Part shown: positions 29,254 through 38,293 of the stretch, one piece after another
Layout: each line of letters opens with the position of its first letter
Numbering within the stretch: position 1 is the stretch's first letter
Notes under the pieces: model-generated
What the model saw: only the letters and a program-made list of their open reading frames with translations
What the model was told of the DNA's origin: nothing
Database searches by the model: none
Translations under genes and position numbers: made by a program
Source of the DNA: an uncultured bacterium
GTDB taxonomy: Bacteria > Gemmatimonadota > Gemmatimonadetes > Palauibacterales > Palauibacteraceae
DNA: 64,000 bases
Assembly: GCA_965370685.1 (NCBI GenBank)
Contig: CBDUVN010000001.1
Location: forward strand, 1,763 to 65,762
Direction of reading: 5' to 3'

Positions 29254-30622
29254 CCATGAACACGATCACCGTCTCGCCGCGAGCCTCCGAGGCGAGATCT
29301 ACGGCCTCGTCCACTCTGCCTTCCCGGACGTGTCCCGGCGCTTCCCGTACCACGAGTCCTGCATCCACGCCTTCGATCGGTTCCTCACGCGCCGGGTAGA
29401 TCGGCAGCACGAGCGCCAGATCGGCCGCGGACAGCTCGCGCCCGAATTCCGCCGCCATCGCCTGCGTCCGGCTGTAGAGATGCGGCTGGAATGCGACGAT
29501 CAGTCGCGCACCGGGCCATGCGGACCGTAGTGCCGAGACGGAAGCGCGAACTTCCGTCGGGTGGTGCGCGTAGTCGTCCACGATTACCACGCCGTCGCGG
29601 GAGCCGAGAACCTGGAGCCGCCGATCCACGCCCCGGAACTGGCGCAGACAGCCGCCGATGGTGTCCGCCTCGGCTCCCAGACGGATCGCTGAAACGAGTG
29701 CAGCGGCAGCGTTCTGGGCGTTGTGAGCGCCGGGAGCCGCGAGATCGAACGACAGCTCCAGCTCCGGGCCGCTCACCCGGCAGCGCTGCCCGTCGGGGGC
29801 GGTCGCTACGATTTCGACCCGGTAGTCTGCCGAAGCGGAGAACCCGTAGCTCAGGGAGGAACCGATCCGCCCCGCGAGCTCGAGGGCTCCCGCGTCATCT
29901 GCGCACACGAGCACACCGATTCGATCGGCAGCGGGAGCGGCGAACGTCTCGAATGCGGATCTCAACTGGGTCTCGCCGCCGTAGCATTCCAGGTGCTCGG
30001 GCTCGACGGATGTTACGATTGCGAGCGACGGATCGAGCTGGAGGAACGATCGGTCGTACTCGTCTGCCTCGACCACGGCCTCCGGGCCTCCTCCGATCCG
30101 CGCGTTTCCGCTCCACTCGGATACGTGGCCACCTGTGAGGACCAGGGGGTCCCTGCCGGCGGCTTCGAGGGCCAGACCCAGCATCGTCGTCACCGTCGTC
30201 TTGCCGTGCGTTCCGGCCACGGCCGCGAGCCGCCGCTCGTTCACCAGGGCTGCGACCGCGGCGGCCCGTTTCAGGACCGGGATGCCGGCTTCACGTGCCG
30301 CGGAGAGAGCCGGGTGCTCGTCCGGGATGGCCGAGCTCCGGATCAGCACATCTGCATCGGTGGCGGCCGAGGCGTCCGAGTCAGACAGGGGAGTCAGGCC
30401 GATCGCGGAGAGGGAGGCGACCGCTGCCATGTCGCGGTCTGAGCCCGAGACTTCCCATCCACCGTCGATCAGTACCGCAGCCAGTGCACGCATTCCGGCT
30501 CCGGCCGCCCCGAGCAGGTGCACCCGGGAGCCAGGGTTCGGGAGATCCGACAATCGCGGGTACCGATCAGCCACGAGCATCAGCCTCCCCGCTCTCCATC
30601 TCCCGCGACTCGAACTCACCAT
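29183..30622 (-). CDS. murC: UDP-N-acetylmuramate--L-alanine ligase
   Basis: VHLLGAAGAGMRALA N-terminus, GTHGKTTVT P-loop and DDYAHHPTE. The start is probably the internal ATG near 30580. Confidence 0.9.
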   Translation of the reverse strand: MVSSSRGRWRAGRLMLVADRYPRLSDLPNPGSRVHLLGAAGAGMRALAAVLIDGGWEVSGSDRDMAAVASLSAIGLTPLSDSDASAATDADVLIRSSAIPDEHPALSAAREAGIPVLKRAAAVAALVNERRLAAVAGTHGKTTVTTMLGLALEAAGRDPLVLTGGHVSEWSGNARIGGGPEAVVEADEYDRSFLQLDPSLAIVTSVEPEHLECYGGETQLRSAFETFAAPAADRIGVLVCADDAGALELAGRIGSSLSYGFSASADYRVEIVATAPDGQRCRVSGPELELSFDLAAPGAHNAQNAAAALVSAIRLGAEADTIGGCLRQFRGVDRRLQVLGSRDGVVIVDDYAHHPTEVRASVSALRSAWPGARLIVAFQPHLYSRTQAMAAEFGRELSAADLALVLPIYPAREEPIEGVDAGLVVREAPGHVREGRVDEAVDLASEARGETVIVFMGAGDVTDAAHRAARELTGDALGV

Positions 30623-31739
30623 CGTCTCCCCGCTCGGCGAGATCGAGCAGTTCCCGGGCGATCCGATCGGCCGCGCCGGGACGTCCGCGGGCGCTCATGG
30701 CGGAAGCCATCTCTCGCAGCCTGTCCTCTTCGCGCAACAGATCGAGGACCGACTCCCATAACTCACCGCTCTGCATCGATCGCTCCTCGAGCATCACTGC
30801 CGCTCCGGATGCGGACAGCGCCGCTGCGTTGTGTCGCTGGTGGTCCGCCGCCGCTGCGGGGAATGGAACGAGCACCGCCGGCACGCCGGCTGCGCCCAAC
30901 TCGGAGCAGAGCATCGCGCCTGACCGGCAGATCGCGAGGCTCACACCTGACAATCGGCCGCCGAGGTCATCCACGTACGGAACCGCCAGGATCCGATCCG
31001 ACCACCGACCGTCGGCAACCGCGCTCGAGACTGACGCGTAGTGGTTCGGTCCCGTGATCCACACGAGCGTAGTGTCAGATGGCCATTCCGTCGCGGCTTC
31101 GAGGTCCGCGAGCAACCGCTCGTTCAGACCTCTCGCCCCCTGGCTTCCTCCGATTACCGCAGCGACCCGGCCGCTCGGCCAGCGGAACCCGTCTTCCTCT
31201 GCCTCATTCCGGGGGGACGACGTCGGAGTCGCCACGGGATTTCCCCACGAGAACACGTCGGTGTGCGGACCGGGAGAAAGATGCTCAACCGCCTCCGGGT
31301 AACCGAGGAAGATGCGGTCCACCTTCGGGGCAAGTCGTCGGGTCACCAGGCCGGGGAATGCGTTCTGCTCCTGCAGGGCGGTCTTTCGGCCGGACAACAG
31401 TCCGTACAGAACCGCGGGACCCGACGCGTACCCGCCGGTACCGACGACGACGTCCGGATCCAACTCGTTGAACAGGCGTCGCATGCCGTTCATCACCGCG
31501 GGCGCAGATGCAGCGAGCCGCCAGTTCCTCACCACTCGACCGCGACGGAATGGCTGCATCGGGAGCAGCCGATATGGAACGCCTGCCTTCGGGAGCACCG
31601 TGGCCTCGATTCCGCGTGACGCTCCGACAAGCATGAGTTCCACGTCGGGCCGCGCAGCTCGAAGCGCGGTCGCCAGGTTCAGTGCCGGGTACAGGTGTCC
31701 GCCCGTTCCGCCGCCGGCGAGCAGGATCCGGGCGCTCAT
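30567..31739 (-). CDS. murG: UDP-N-acetylglucosamine--N-acetylmuramyl-(pentapeptide)-PP-undecaprenol GlcNAc transferase
   Basis: The internal Met start (MSARILLAGGGTGGHLYPAL) gives the GGTGGH motif. The ATG at 31739 overlaps the ftsW stop (ATGA). Confidence 0.92.
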   Translation of the reverse strand: MSARILLAGGGTGGHLYPALNLATALRAARPDVELMLVGASRGIEATVLPKAGVPYRLLPMQPFRRGRVVRNWRLAASAPAVMNGMRRLFNELDPDVVVGTGGYASGPAVLYGLLSGRKTALQEQNAFPGLVTRRLAPKVDRIFLGYPEAVEHLSPGPHTDVFSWGNPVATPTSSPRNEAEEDGFRWPSGRVAAVIGGSQGARGLNERLLADLEAATEWPSDTTLVWITGPNHYASVSSAVADGRWSDRILAVPYVDDLGGRLSGVSLAICRSGAMLCSELGAAGVPAVLVPFPAAAADHQRHNAAALSASGAAVMLEERSMQSGELWESVLDLLREEDRLREMASAMSARGRPGAADRIARELLDLAERGDDGEFESREMESGEADARG

Positions 31740-33004
31740 CGTCCGCGGGCCTTCGCCGAAGACACGTTGAGCAGGATCCCGGTGGCTGCGAGCGTGATTA
31801 CGAGGTTCGTGCCACCCGCGCTGATGAACGGGAGGTTGACTCCGGTGGTGGGGAGCAAACCGAGTGCGATGCCGATGTGGGCGAATGCCCCGAGTGCGAC
31901 ACCGGCGGTGATCCCGGTGGCGAGGAGACGCCCGAACAGGTCCGGCGCGGAACGGGCGACGCGGAAGCCCAGGTGCACCCACAGGGCGAACAGACCGATG
32001 ACCGCGACGGCACCGATGAATCCCCATTCTTCAGCGATGATCGAGAAGATGAAGTCGTTCTGCGGCTCCGGGAGGAACTGCATCTTCGTCGTGCTGCGCC
32101 CGAAGCCCACTCCGGTCAGTCCGCCGGAGCCGACTGCGATCAGCGATTGCTTGAGCTGATAACCGCCGGCGCCGGCCGCCGCCTCCGGATCGAGAAACGC
32201 CACGAACCGCTGTAGTCGATACTGGGCTGTCGCAACCTGGGTCGCTGCCAGAACCATCACGGACGCGCCGAGCAGAGCGAAGTGTCCGATTCGCGCTCCG
32301 GCAGCGAACAGGACGGTGCCGGCGAGGACGGCGATCCACATCGCTGCGGAAAAGTGCGGCTCGAACAGCACGAGCAGACAGACTGGCGCGAGAACGATGA
32401 GGAACGGGAAGATTCCCTCGCGAAAATCGTGCAGCGAGTCCTGCTTCTTGACCGCCAGTGCGGCCGTCCAGATCACGACCGCCAGCTTCGTGAGCTCTGA
32501 TGGCTGCATCGTGAACCCCAGGTCGAGCCAGCGGCGGGCCCCGTTGACCGTGGGCGCGATCGCTTCGGTTCCGGGGAGGACGAGCGGAACGAGCAGAATG
32601 GTCGTAATCGCGAGAATCGGCCACGCGAGTCGGCGGTACACCCGATAGTCGAGAATGCTGGCAGCAGCCATCACCATGCACCCGATTCCGGCACGATTCG
32701 CCTGCTGGAACAGGTAGTAGGTGTCCGGGCGACCTGCCTGTTGGGCCACGTACGAGCTCGCGCTGTACACCGACAGGAGGCCAAAGCCCACCAGGACGAG
32801 GGTTGCGACGAGCAGTCCGCGGCCCGAGGCGGAAGGAGAGTCGACCGCCGGTCGAACCGGGAATCCGCGGAGTCCGAGTGCTCCCGCTCTCGTAGGTCGA
32901 TCCCGCTTCACGGAGCCGACTCCACCGGCTGCAGACCGACTACTGCCGCCTCGAAGGCTCGGCCCCGCTCCAGGTAATTCGGGAACATGTCGTAGCTCGA
33001 GCAC
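31736..33004 (-). CDS. ftsW: peptidoglycan glycosyltransferase FtsW (SEDS family)
   Basis: Ten-TM SEDS protein with the conserved motifs RWLDLGFTMQPSELTK and PFISAGGTNL. Confidence 0.9.
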   Translation of the reverse strand: MLELRHVPELPGAGPSLRGGSSRSAAGGVGSVKRDRPTRAGALGLRGFPVRPAVDSPSASGRGLLVATLVLVGFGLLSVYSASSYVAQQAGRPDTYYLFQQANRAGIGCMVMAAASILDYRVYRRLAWPILAITTILLVPLVLPGTEAIAPTVNGARRWLDLGFTMQPSELTKLAVVIWTAALAVKKQDSLHDFREGIFPFLIVLAPVCLLVLFEPHFSAAMWIAVLAGTVLFAAGARIGHFALLGASVMVLAATQVATAQYRLQRFVAFLDPEAAAGAGGYQLKQSLIAVGSGGLTGVGFGRSTTKMQFLPEPQNDFIFSIIAEEWGFIGAVAVIGLFALWVHLGFRVARSAPDLFGRLLATGITAGVALGAFAHIGIALGLLPTTGVNLPFISAGGTNLVITLAATGILLNVSSAKARGR

Positions 33005-34305
33005 GCCGGCGCCAACAGCACGACGTCGCCCGCTTGCGCCAGGTCGGCGGCCGCCCTCACCGCGGAGTCGAGCCCCGACTCGACCACGACGGTTTCCACC
33101 GCACCCCTCAGCTCGGACACGATCAGGGGCGCCGCCTCCCCGAACGCGATCACGGCGCGAGCGCGCTGTCTTGCCGCGTCTGCCAGCGCAGCATACGGCT
33201 GACCTTTGTGTCGACCGCCGAGCAGGAGAATGACCGGTCGGTCAAACGCGTTCACCGCGGCCACGGCCGCGGAAACGTTTGTCGCCTTCGAGTCGTTCAC
33301 CCACAGGACTCCGGCACGCTCAGCGACCGGCTGCAGGCGGTGCGGAAGCCCACGGAAGCTCCGCAACGAGGCCGACAGCGTCCGGGGATCGACTCCGGCA
33401 ACTACCGCCGCAAGGCAGGCGGCGAGAGCGTTGGACACGTTGTGCCGGCCGATCAGGGGAATATCGTCCACGTGCGCCCACCGAACTGGGGAGTCACCCT
33501 CGACCAGCCGGGCAAGCAGACCTCCCTCCGGGTCACTCCACGCTCCGACTGAAACCTCGCTTTCGACCGAGAACAGGAATCGTCGCCCGGATGCTCTGAC
33601 GGCCAGTTCGAGAACGGCGGGATCGTCCGCGTTCAGCACCCAGCTCGGATCCGCACTCGCCCTGTCAAACAGCCGTGCCTTGTCTCCGTAATAGCTGTCG
33701 ACGTCCCTGTATCGATCCAGGTGATCAGGCGAGAGATTCAGCAGAGCGCCGATCTCCGACTCGAACGAGTCGAGGTCGGCGAGTTGGAATGAACTGAGCT
33801 CTACCACGACCCAGTCGGGCTGTCGCTCTGAGAGAGCGCATTCGGATAGCGGACGTCCGACGTTTCCGACGGCCTCGGCATCGATGCCGGACGACTTCAG
33901 CAGGTGGGCCGTCAGCTGCGTAGTCGTCGTCTTTCCATTCGTACCCGTGATCGCGATCACCCGACTGGTCAGACTGCGGTATGCCAGCTCGACTTCTGCA
34001 ATCGTCCGGATCCCGGCGGCGGTCACCGCCTGGCGGACGTCGGAGAACGGACTGATCCCGGGACTCGTGACGACGAGATCCGATTCGAGAATCCTGTCCA
34101 TGTCGTGACGTCCGGCCTCGGCCGCGATGCCTTTGGCCCGGAGCCGCTCGGCCGCGGCGACCTGTCGCGGTCCCGCCGCCGAGTCGCTCGCATACACCTC
34201 CGCCCCACCGACGCGTGCCAGCAGCGCGGCCGTACTGCCCGAGACTCCGAGTCCGATGACCGCCACACGGTCTCCCGGCGCGAATGCCGGCTCGCGCCTC
34301 ATCAT
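32908..34305 (-). CDS. murD: UDP-N-acetylmuramoylalanine--D-glutamate ligase
   Basis: Internal Met start (MMRREPAF...). P-loop ITGTNGKTTTT and motif NLSPDHLDR. Overlaps the mraY stop (ATGA). The 279 upstream codons of the table ORF are read-through across mraY. Confidence 0.92.
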   Translation of the reverse strand: MMRREPAFAPGDRVAVIGLGVSGSTAALLARVGGAEVYASDSAAGPRQVAAAERLRAKGIAAEAGRHDMDRILESDLVVTSPGISPFSDVRQAVTAAGIRTIAEVELAYRSLTSRVIAITGTNGKTTTTQLTAHLLKSSGIDAEAVGNVGRPLSECALSERQPDWVVVELSSFQLADLDSFESEIGALLNLSPDHLDRYRDVDSYYGDKARLFDRASADPSWVLNADDPAVLELAVRASGRRFLFSVESEVSVGAWSDPEGGLLARLVEGDSPVRWAHVDDIPLIGRHNVSNALAACLAAVVAGVDPRTLSASLRSFRGLPHRLQPVAERAGVLWVNDSKATNVSAAVAAVNAFDRPVILLLGGRHKGQPYAALADAARQRARAVIAFGEAAPLIVSELRGAVETVVVESGLDSAVRAAADLAQAGDVVLLAPACSSYDMFPNYLERGRAFEAAVVGLQPVESAP

Positions 34306-35408
34306 CGAACCTTCATTGTCGCCAGGGCGGCGAGCGCGAAAATGATCGCGACAATGTAGAACCGGATCACGACCCGGGTCTCGGGCCAGCCCAGCTGCTC
34401 GAAGTGGTGGTGCAACGGTGCCATCCTGAACACCCGGCGTCCCGTACCCGTGCGCCAGCGCGTGAGCTTGAACACGCCGGTCTGGATCATCACGGAAAGA
34501 GCTTCCGCTACGAAGATCCCACCTACCATGAGGAGCAGGAGTTCCGACTTCAGCAGTACCGCGACGGTACCGATTGCTCCGCCGAGCGCGAGTGACCCCG
34601 TATCGCCCATGAACACCGAGGCCGGGGGAGCGTTGAACCACAGGAATCCGATCGCCGCCCCGGCAACCGCCACGCAGAACACGGTCAACTCGCCCGCGTC
34701 GGCGAGGTACGGCAGTCCGAGGTAGAACGAAGTGTCTACTCTCCCCATGACGTATGCGAACACACCGAAGGTCAGTGCCGCGATGGCTGACAGGCCGGCC
34801 GCCAGTCCGTCGAGCCCATCGGTCAGGTTGACGGCGTTTGCGCTTCCTGCAACGACGAGAGCCGCGAACAGCGGAAACACGAGCGGCACGAATACCAGAT
34901 GGACGTTCTTGAAGAACGGCACCAACCGGTGGGTGACCTCGCGCGCATCGGGAGCGGTTACGACCAATAACGTTCCGAACGCGAGCCCGAGCGAGAACTG
35001 CCACACGAGCTTGTGCCGGGCGATGAGACCACGCGATTCGTGGCGGATGATTTTCAGCCAGTCGTCCGTGAAACCGATCGCGCCCATACCAAGTGTCATG
35101 CTGAGGGCGGCGACGACCGACCAACCGTCGAACCGGGCCCACAGAACGGTCGAGACCGTCAGGGCCACGAGAATGATCAGCCCGCCCATCGTAGGGGTCC
35201 CCTGCTTACGACGATGGGTCCTGGGCCCGTCGAGCCTGACAACCTGCCCGATGTTCCGCGCCTCGAGTCGACGGATGATCGGCGGTCCCACGATGAAGCT
35301 CAGGAGCAGCGCGGTCACCATGGCGCCTGCCGCCCGGAACGAAATGTACTGAAACAGATTGAACAGAATGTGACGATCCGCGAGCGGGAACAGGTAGTGA
35401 AACAGCAT
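34302..35408 (-). CDS. mraY: phospho-N-acetylmuramoyl-pentapeptide transferase
   Basis: Internal Met start (MLFHYLF...). Motifs NAVNLTDGLDGLA, FMGDTGS and PLHHHFE. Confidence 0.93.
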   Translation of the reverse strand: MLFHYLFPLADRHILFNLFQYISFRAAGAMVTALLLSFIVGPPIIRRLEARNIGQVVRLDGPRTHRRKQGTPTMGGLIILVALTVSTVLWARFDGWSVVAALSMTLGMGAIGFTDDWLKIIRHESRGLIARHKLVWQFSLGLAFGTLLVVTAPDAREVTHRLVPFFKNVHLVFVPLVFPLFAALVVAGSANAVNLTDGLDGLAAGLSAIAALTFGVFAYVMGRVDTSFYLGLPYLADAGELTVFCVAVAGAAIGFLWFNAPPASVFMGDTGSLALGGAIGTVAVLLKSELLLLMVGGIFVAEALSVMIQTGVFKLTRWRTGTGRRVFRMAPLHHHFEQLGWPETRVVIRFYIVAIIFALAALATMKVR

Positions 35409-36778
35409 CAGTCCCCCGCCCCGAACTGTTCCGCGAGCCCGTCTACTACCCGCTCGAGCCGCTCGCCGCGAGATGCCTTCACCAGGACCACTTCGTCTCC
35501 CGTCAGCTCCGCCGCGAGTGCCTTCACGGCATCGGCCGGTCTCGCCACCGAGGTGACGCGCGTGCCGTTCGTAGTCGCAGACAACGCGTCGAACGCCGGT
35601 CGGAATTCTCCCAGCGCCACGACCCGGCAGAATCCCGCCTCGATCAATGACCGGGCGATACGCTCGTGGGCCGCTGCGGACTGCGAACCGAGCTCCAGCA
35701 TCGAGCTGACGACCGCAGCCAGACGGCGGTCGGGGAACGCGTTCACGCAGTATTCGATCGCGGCTTCGAACGACTCCGGGTTCGCGTTGTAGCAATCAGC
35801 GACGAGCGTCAACCTGCCCAGCTGCCGGATGGATCCACGCATGCCGACCGGGCGGTACGCGGCCAGACCTTTCGCGATCGCACCGGATCCGACACCGAGT
35901 GCTTCCGCCATGGCCGCCGCGAGCACCGCGTCGCGCAGATGGTGCTCGCCTCCGACCGGTACCTCGTATCGTTCCCCGGCGCGCTCGAACCACGCCGATT
36001 CGGCGCCGACCTCCCACCGGTCCGGGTGCCAGTCGGAACGGGACTCGAGTCCCGCGACGACCACGTCAGGTCGAATTTCGGCTGCCGCTGCGCCGAGAAG
36101 TTCCGGTCGCTCGCCGACTACGATTCTCCCGGCGAGCTTGGCGGCGCGGACGAGTGAGAGCTTCTCGCGCAGCACCCCGGCCTCGTCCAGAAATCCTTCG
36201 AGGTGGGCTGGTCCGACCGTCGTCACGAGCGCGTCGTCAGGCTCCGCGATCGACGCGAGACGCGCGATCTCCCCGGGAGCGTTACTGCCCATCTCGAGCA
36301 CCCAGAACTCGGTGTCGGGCGGTGCGCCGAGAATCGTCAGCGGGAGACCGATCTGATTGTTGAGGTTTCCCGAAGTCGCATGAGTAGGCCGTTCCGCTCC
36401 GAGCACACCGGCCAGCATCTCCTTCACGGTCGTCTTCCCGCTGCTTCCGGTCACACCGATCACCCGCGCAGCGCAGCGCCGACGGTAGTGGCGAGCGAGG
36501 TCACCGAGTGCCTGCGTGGTATCGGGGACGACAAACCACTCGAGGTCCAGATCCGGCAGCGCGTGGCCCTGCTCGATCACGGCACCCACTGCGCCCTTTC
36601 CGGCCGCCCGGTCGAGAAACTCGTGACCGTCAAACCGCTCGCCTCGCAGTGCTACGAACAGCGCTCCCTTTCGCAACTGACGAGTGTCCGTGGAAACGGA
36701 ATCGAAGCCAATCCGGCTGGACGAGGCGGCCAGGCCAAGCGCTCGCCGGACCTCGTGTGCCTCGAAGCGCGCGCTCAC
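35408..36778 (-). CDS. murF: UDP-N-acetylmuramoyl-tripeptide--D-alanyl-D-alanine ligase
   Basis: GVTGSSGKTT P-loop and Mur ligase middle and C-terminal domains. Confidence 0.92.
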   Translation of the reverse strand: MSARFEAHEVRRALGLAASSSRIGFDSVSTDTRQLRKGALFVALRGERFDGHEFLDRAAGKGAVGAVIEQGHALPDLDLEWFVVPDTTQALGDLARHYRRRCAARVIGVTGSSGKTTVKEMLAGVLGAERPTHATSGNLNNQIGLPLTILGAPPDTEFWVLEMGSNAPGEIARLASIAEPDDALVTTVGPAHLEGFLDEAGVLREKLSLVRAAKLAGRIVVGERPELLGAAAAEIRPDVVVAGLESRSDWHPDRWEVGAESAWFERAGERYEVPVGGEHHLRDAVLAAAMAEALGVGSGAIAKGLAAYRPVGMRGSIRQLGRLTLVADCYNANPESFEAAIEYCVNAFPDRRLAAVVSSMLELGSQSAAAHERIARSLIEAGFCRVVALGEFRPAFDALSATTNGTRVTSVARPADAVKALAAELTGDEVVLVKASRGERLERVVDGLAEQFGAGD

Positions 36779-38241
36779 TGATCTCCCCCTGTCGCCACGA
36801 GCAGAGATTTCACGATCTCCGCCTCGTCGAACGGCAGTCGCTCGCCGTCTATCTCCTGGTAGTTCTCGTGTCCCTTTCCGGCGAGCAGGACACCGTCGCC
36901 TTCTGTCGCGATGCTCAAGGCCCGCTGGATCGCCATCCGCCTGTCGACGATCGCCTCCCAGTCACCGGGCTCCAGGTCGGAGACCGTCTCCCGGACGATC
37001 GACTCCGGGTCCTCCGTACGTGGATTGTCGGAGGTGATCAGGGCGATATCCGAGCCACTCACTCCGATCCGCCCCATCAGGGTCCGCTTGCCGGGGTCAC
37101 GATCTCCGCCGCAGCCGAATACCACGATCAACCGTCCGGGTACCGAGGGCCTGAGAGCCTGGAGTGCGCGCTCCAGTGCGTCGGGGGTGTGCGCGTAGTC
37201 CCGGACCACGAGAGCTGGCCGCGTCGCGAGCGCCTCCATCCGACCGGGAATCTGTGGGGCCGAGCTCAGTCCCAGGGCGATCGACTCCGTATCGAGCCCG
37301 GCGGCCCAGGCTGCGGCGGCCGCCCCCAGAGCGTTAGCGACGTTGAATGCGCCCAGGAGCGGCAATTGAACCGTGGCCTGGCCATCCGGCGTGACGAGCT
37401 CCCACTCGCTGCCGTTCGCCCCGATGCGCAGCTCCTCGGCCCTGACGTCCGCATCGCGTCCGGTGCCGTACCGGATCACGCGGGCATTACCGAAGTCAGC
37501 TCCATCCCACGCCGGCTCGTCCGCGTTTGCCACGCAGACGCCGCCGGGCCGCAGCAGCCGCGCCAGCCGGAGCTTGACGGTCCGGTAGGCATCCATGCCG
37601 AGGTGATAGTCCAGGTGATCCCGGGTCAGGTTCGTGAATACCACGACCGAGAACGGGATCGCGTCGACCCTGTGCTGGTCGAGCGCGTGGGACGAGACTT
37701 CCATCGCTACGAAGTGCGTATTCTCGGCCACCAGCTCGGCAAAGATCTCGGCCAGGTCCAGCGGATCCGGAGTCGTAAGACGTCCGCCGGTCGAGCTCCC
37801 GTCGAACCTGGTCACGCCGAGCGTTCCCAGTGCCGCCGCAGGAGCTCGGACCGCGAGAAGGTGCCGCAGCAGAACCGCTGTCGTGGTTTTTCCGTTCGTT
37901 CCCGTGACCCCGATTACGTCCAGCTCGAGAACGGGATCTCCGGCGAACAGCTGCGCCAGGTGTGCCGCCGCGACGCGGGTATCAGACACGACGAAGCAGG
38001 GAAGGCCGGAAGCATCCCCCGCATGTTGGACAATGGCGGCGGCCGCTCCGGCGGCCGCGACCCGATCGAGGAACGAGTGGCCGTCGAAACGAATGCCAGG
38101 AATTGCGCAGAACAGGTCGCCCGACCCGACGGTCCGGGAATCGAGCCGAAGCGCTTCGAAGCCGGGCGGCGGAGTCCCCTCCCAGAATCCGTGCAGACCT
38201 GCGTCCCGCAGTCTCCGCTCGACTTCAACCGTCAGAATCAC
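36775..38241 (-). CDS. murE: UDP-N-acetylmuramoyl-L-alanyl-D-glutamate--2,6-diaminopimelate ligase
   Basis: GVTGTNGKTT P-loop and DNPR motif (SDNPRTEDP). Confidence 0.92.
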   Translation of the reverse strand: MILTVEVERRLRDAGLHGFWEGTPPPGFEALRLDSRTVGSGDLFCAIPGIRFDGHSFLDRVAAAGAAAAIVQHAGDASGLPCFVVSDTRVAAAHLAQLFAGDPVLELDVIGVTGTNGKTTTAVLLRHLLAVRAPAAALGTLGVTRFDGSSTGGRLTTPDPLDLAEIFAELVAENTHFVAMEVSSHALDQHRVDAIPFSVVVFTNLTRDHLDYHLGMDAYRTVKLRLARLLRPGGVCVANADEPAWDGADFGNARVIRYGTGRDADVRAEELRIGANGSEWELVTPDGQATVQLPLLGAFNVANALGAAAAAWAAGLDTESIALGLSSAPQIPGRMEALATRPALVVRDYAHTPDALERALQALRPSVPGRLIVVFGCGGDRDPGKRTLMGRIGVSGSDIALITSDNPRTEDPESIVRETVSDLEPGDWEAIVDRRMAIQRALSIATEGDGVLLAGKGHENYQEIDGERLPFDEAEIVKSLLVATGGDQ

Positions 38242-38293
38242 GACTTACTTCCCGCACGGGCCGCCCGCTCGCAGTTAGTGTTTCGAGTTCGCC

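Noticed and set aside
34306-35142. 279-codon N-terminal extension of the murD table ORF (a 744-aa ORF)
   Set aside because: This region encodes MraY in another frame with all its catalytic motifs. murD begins at the internal ATG that overlaps the mraY stop.
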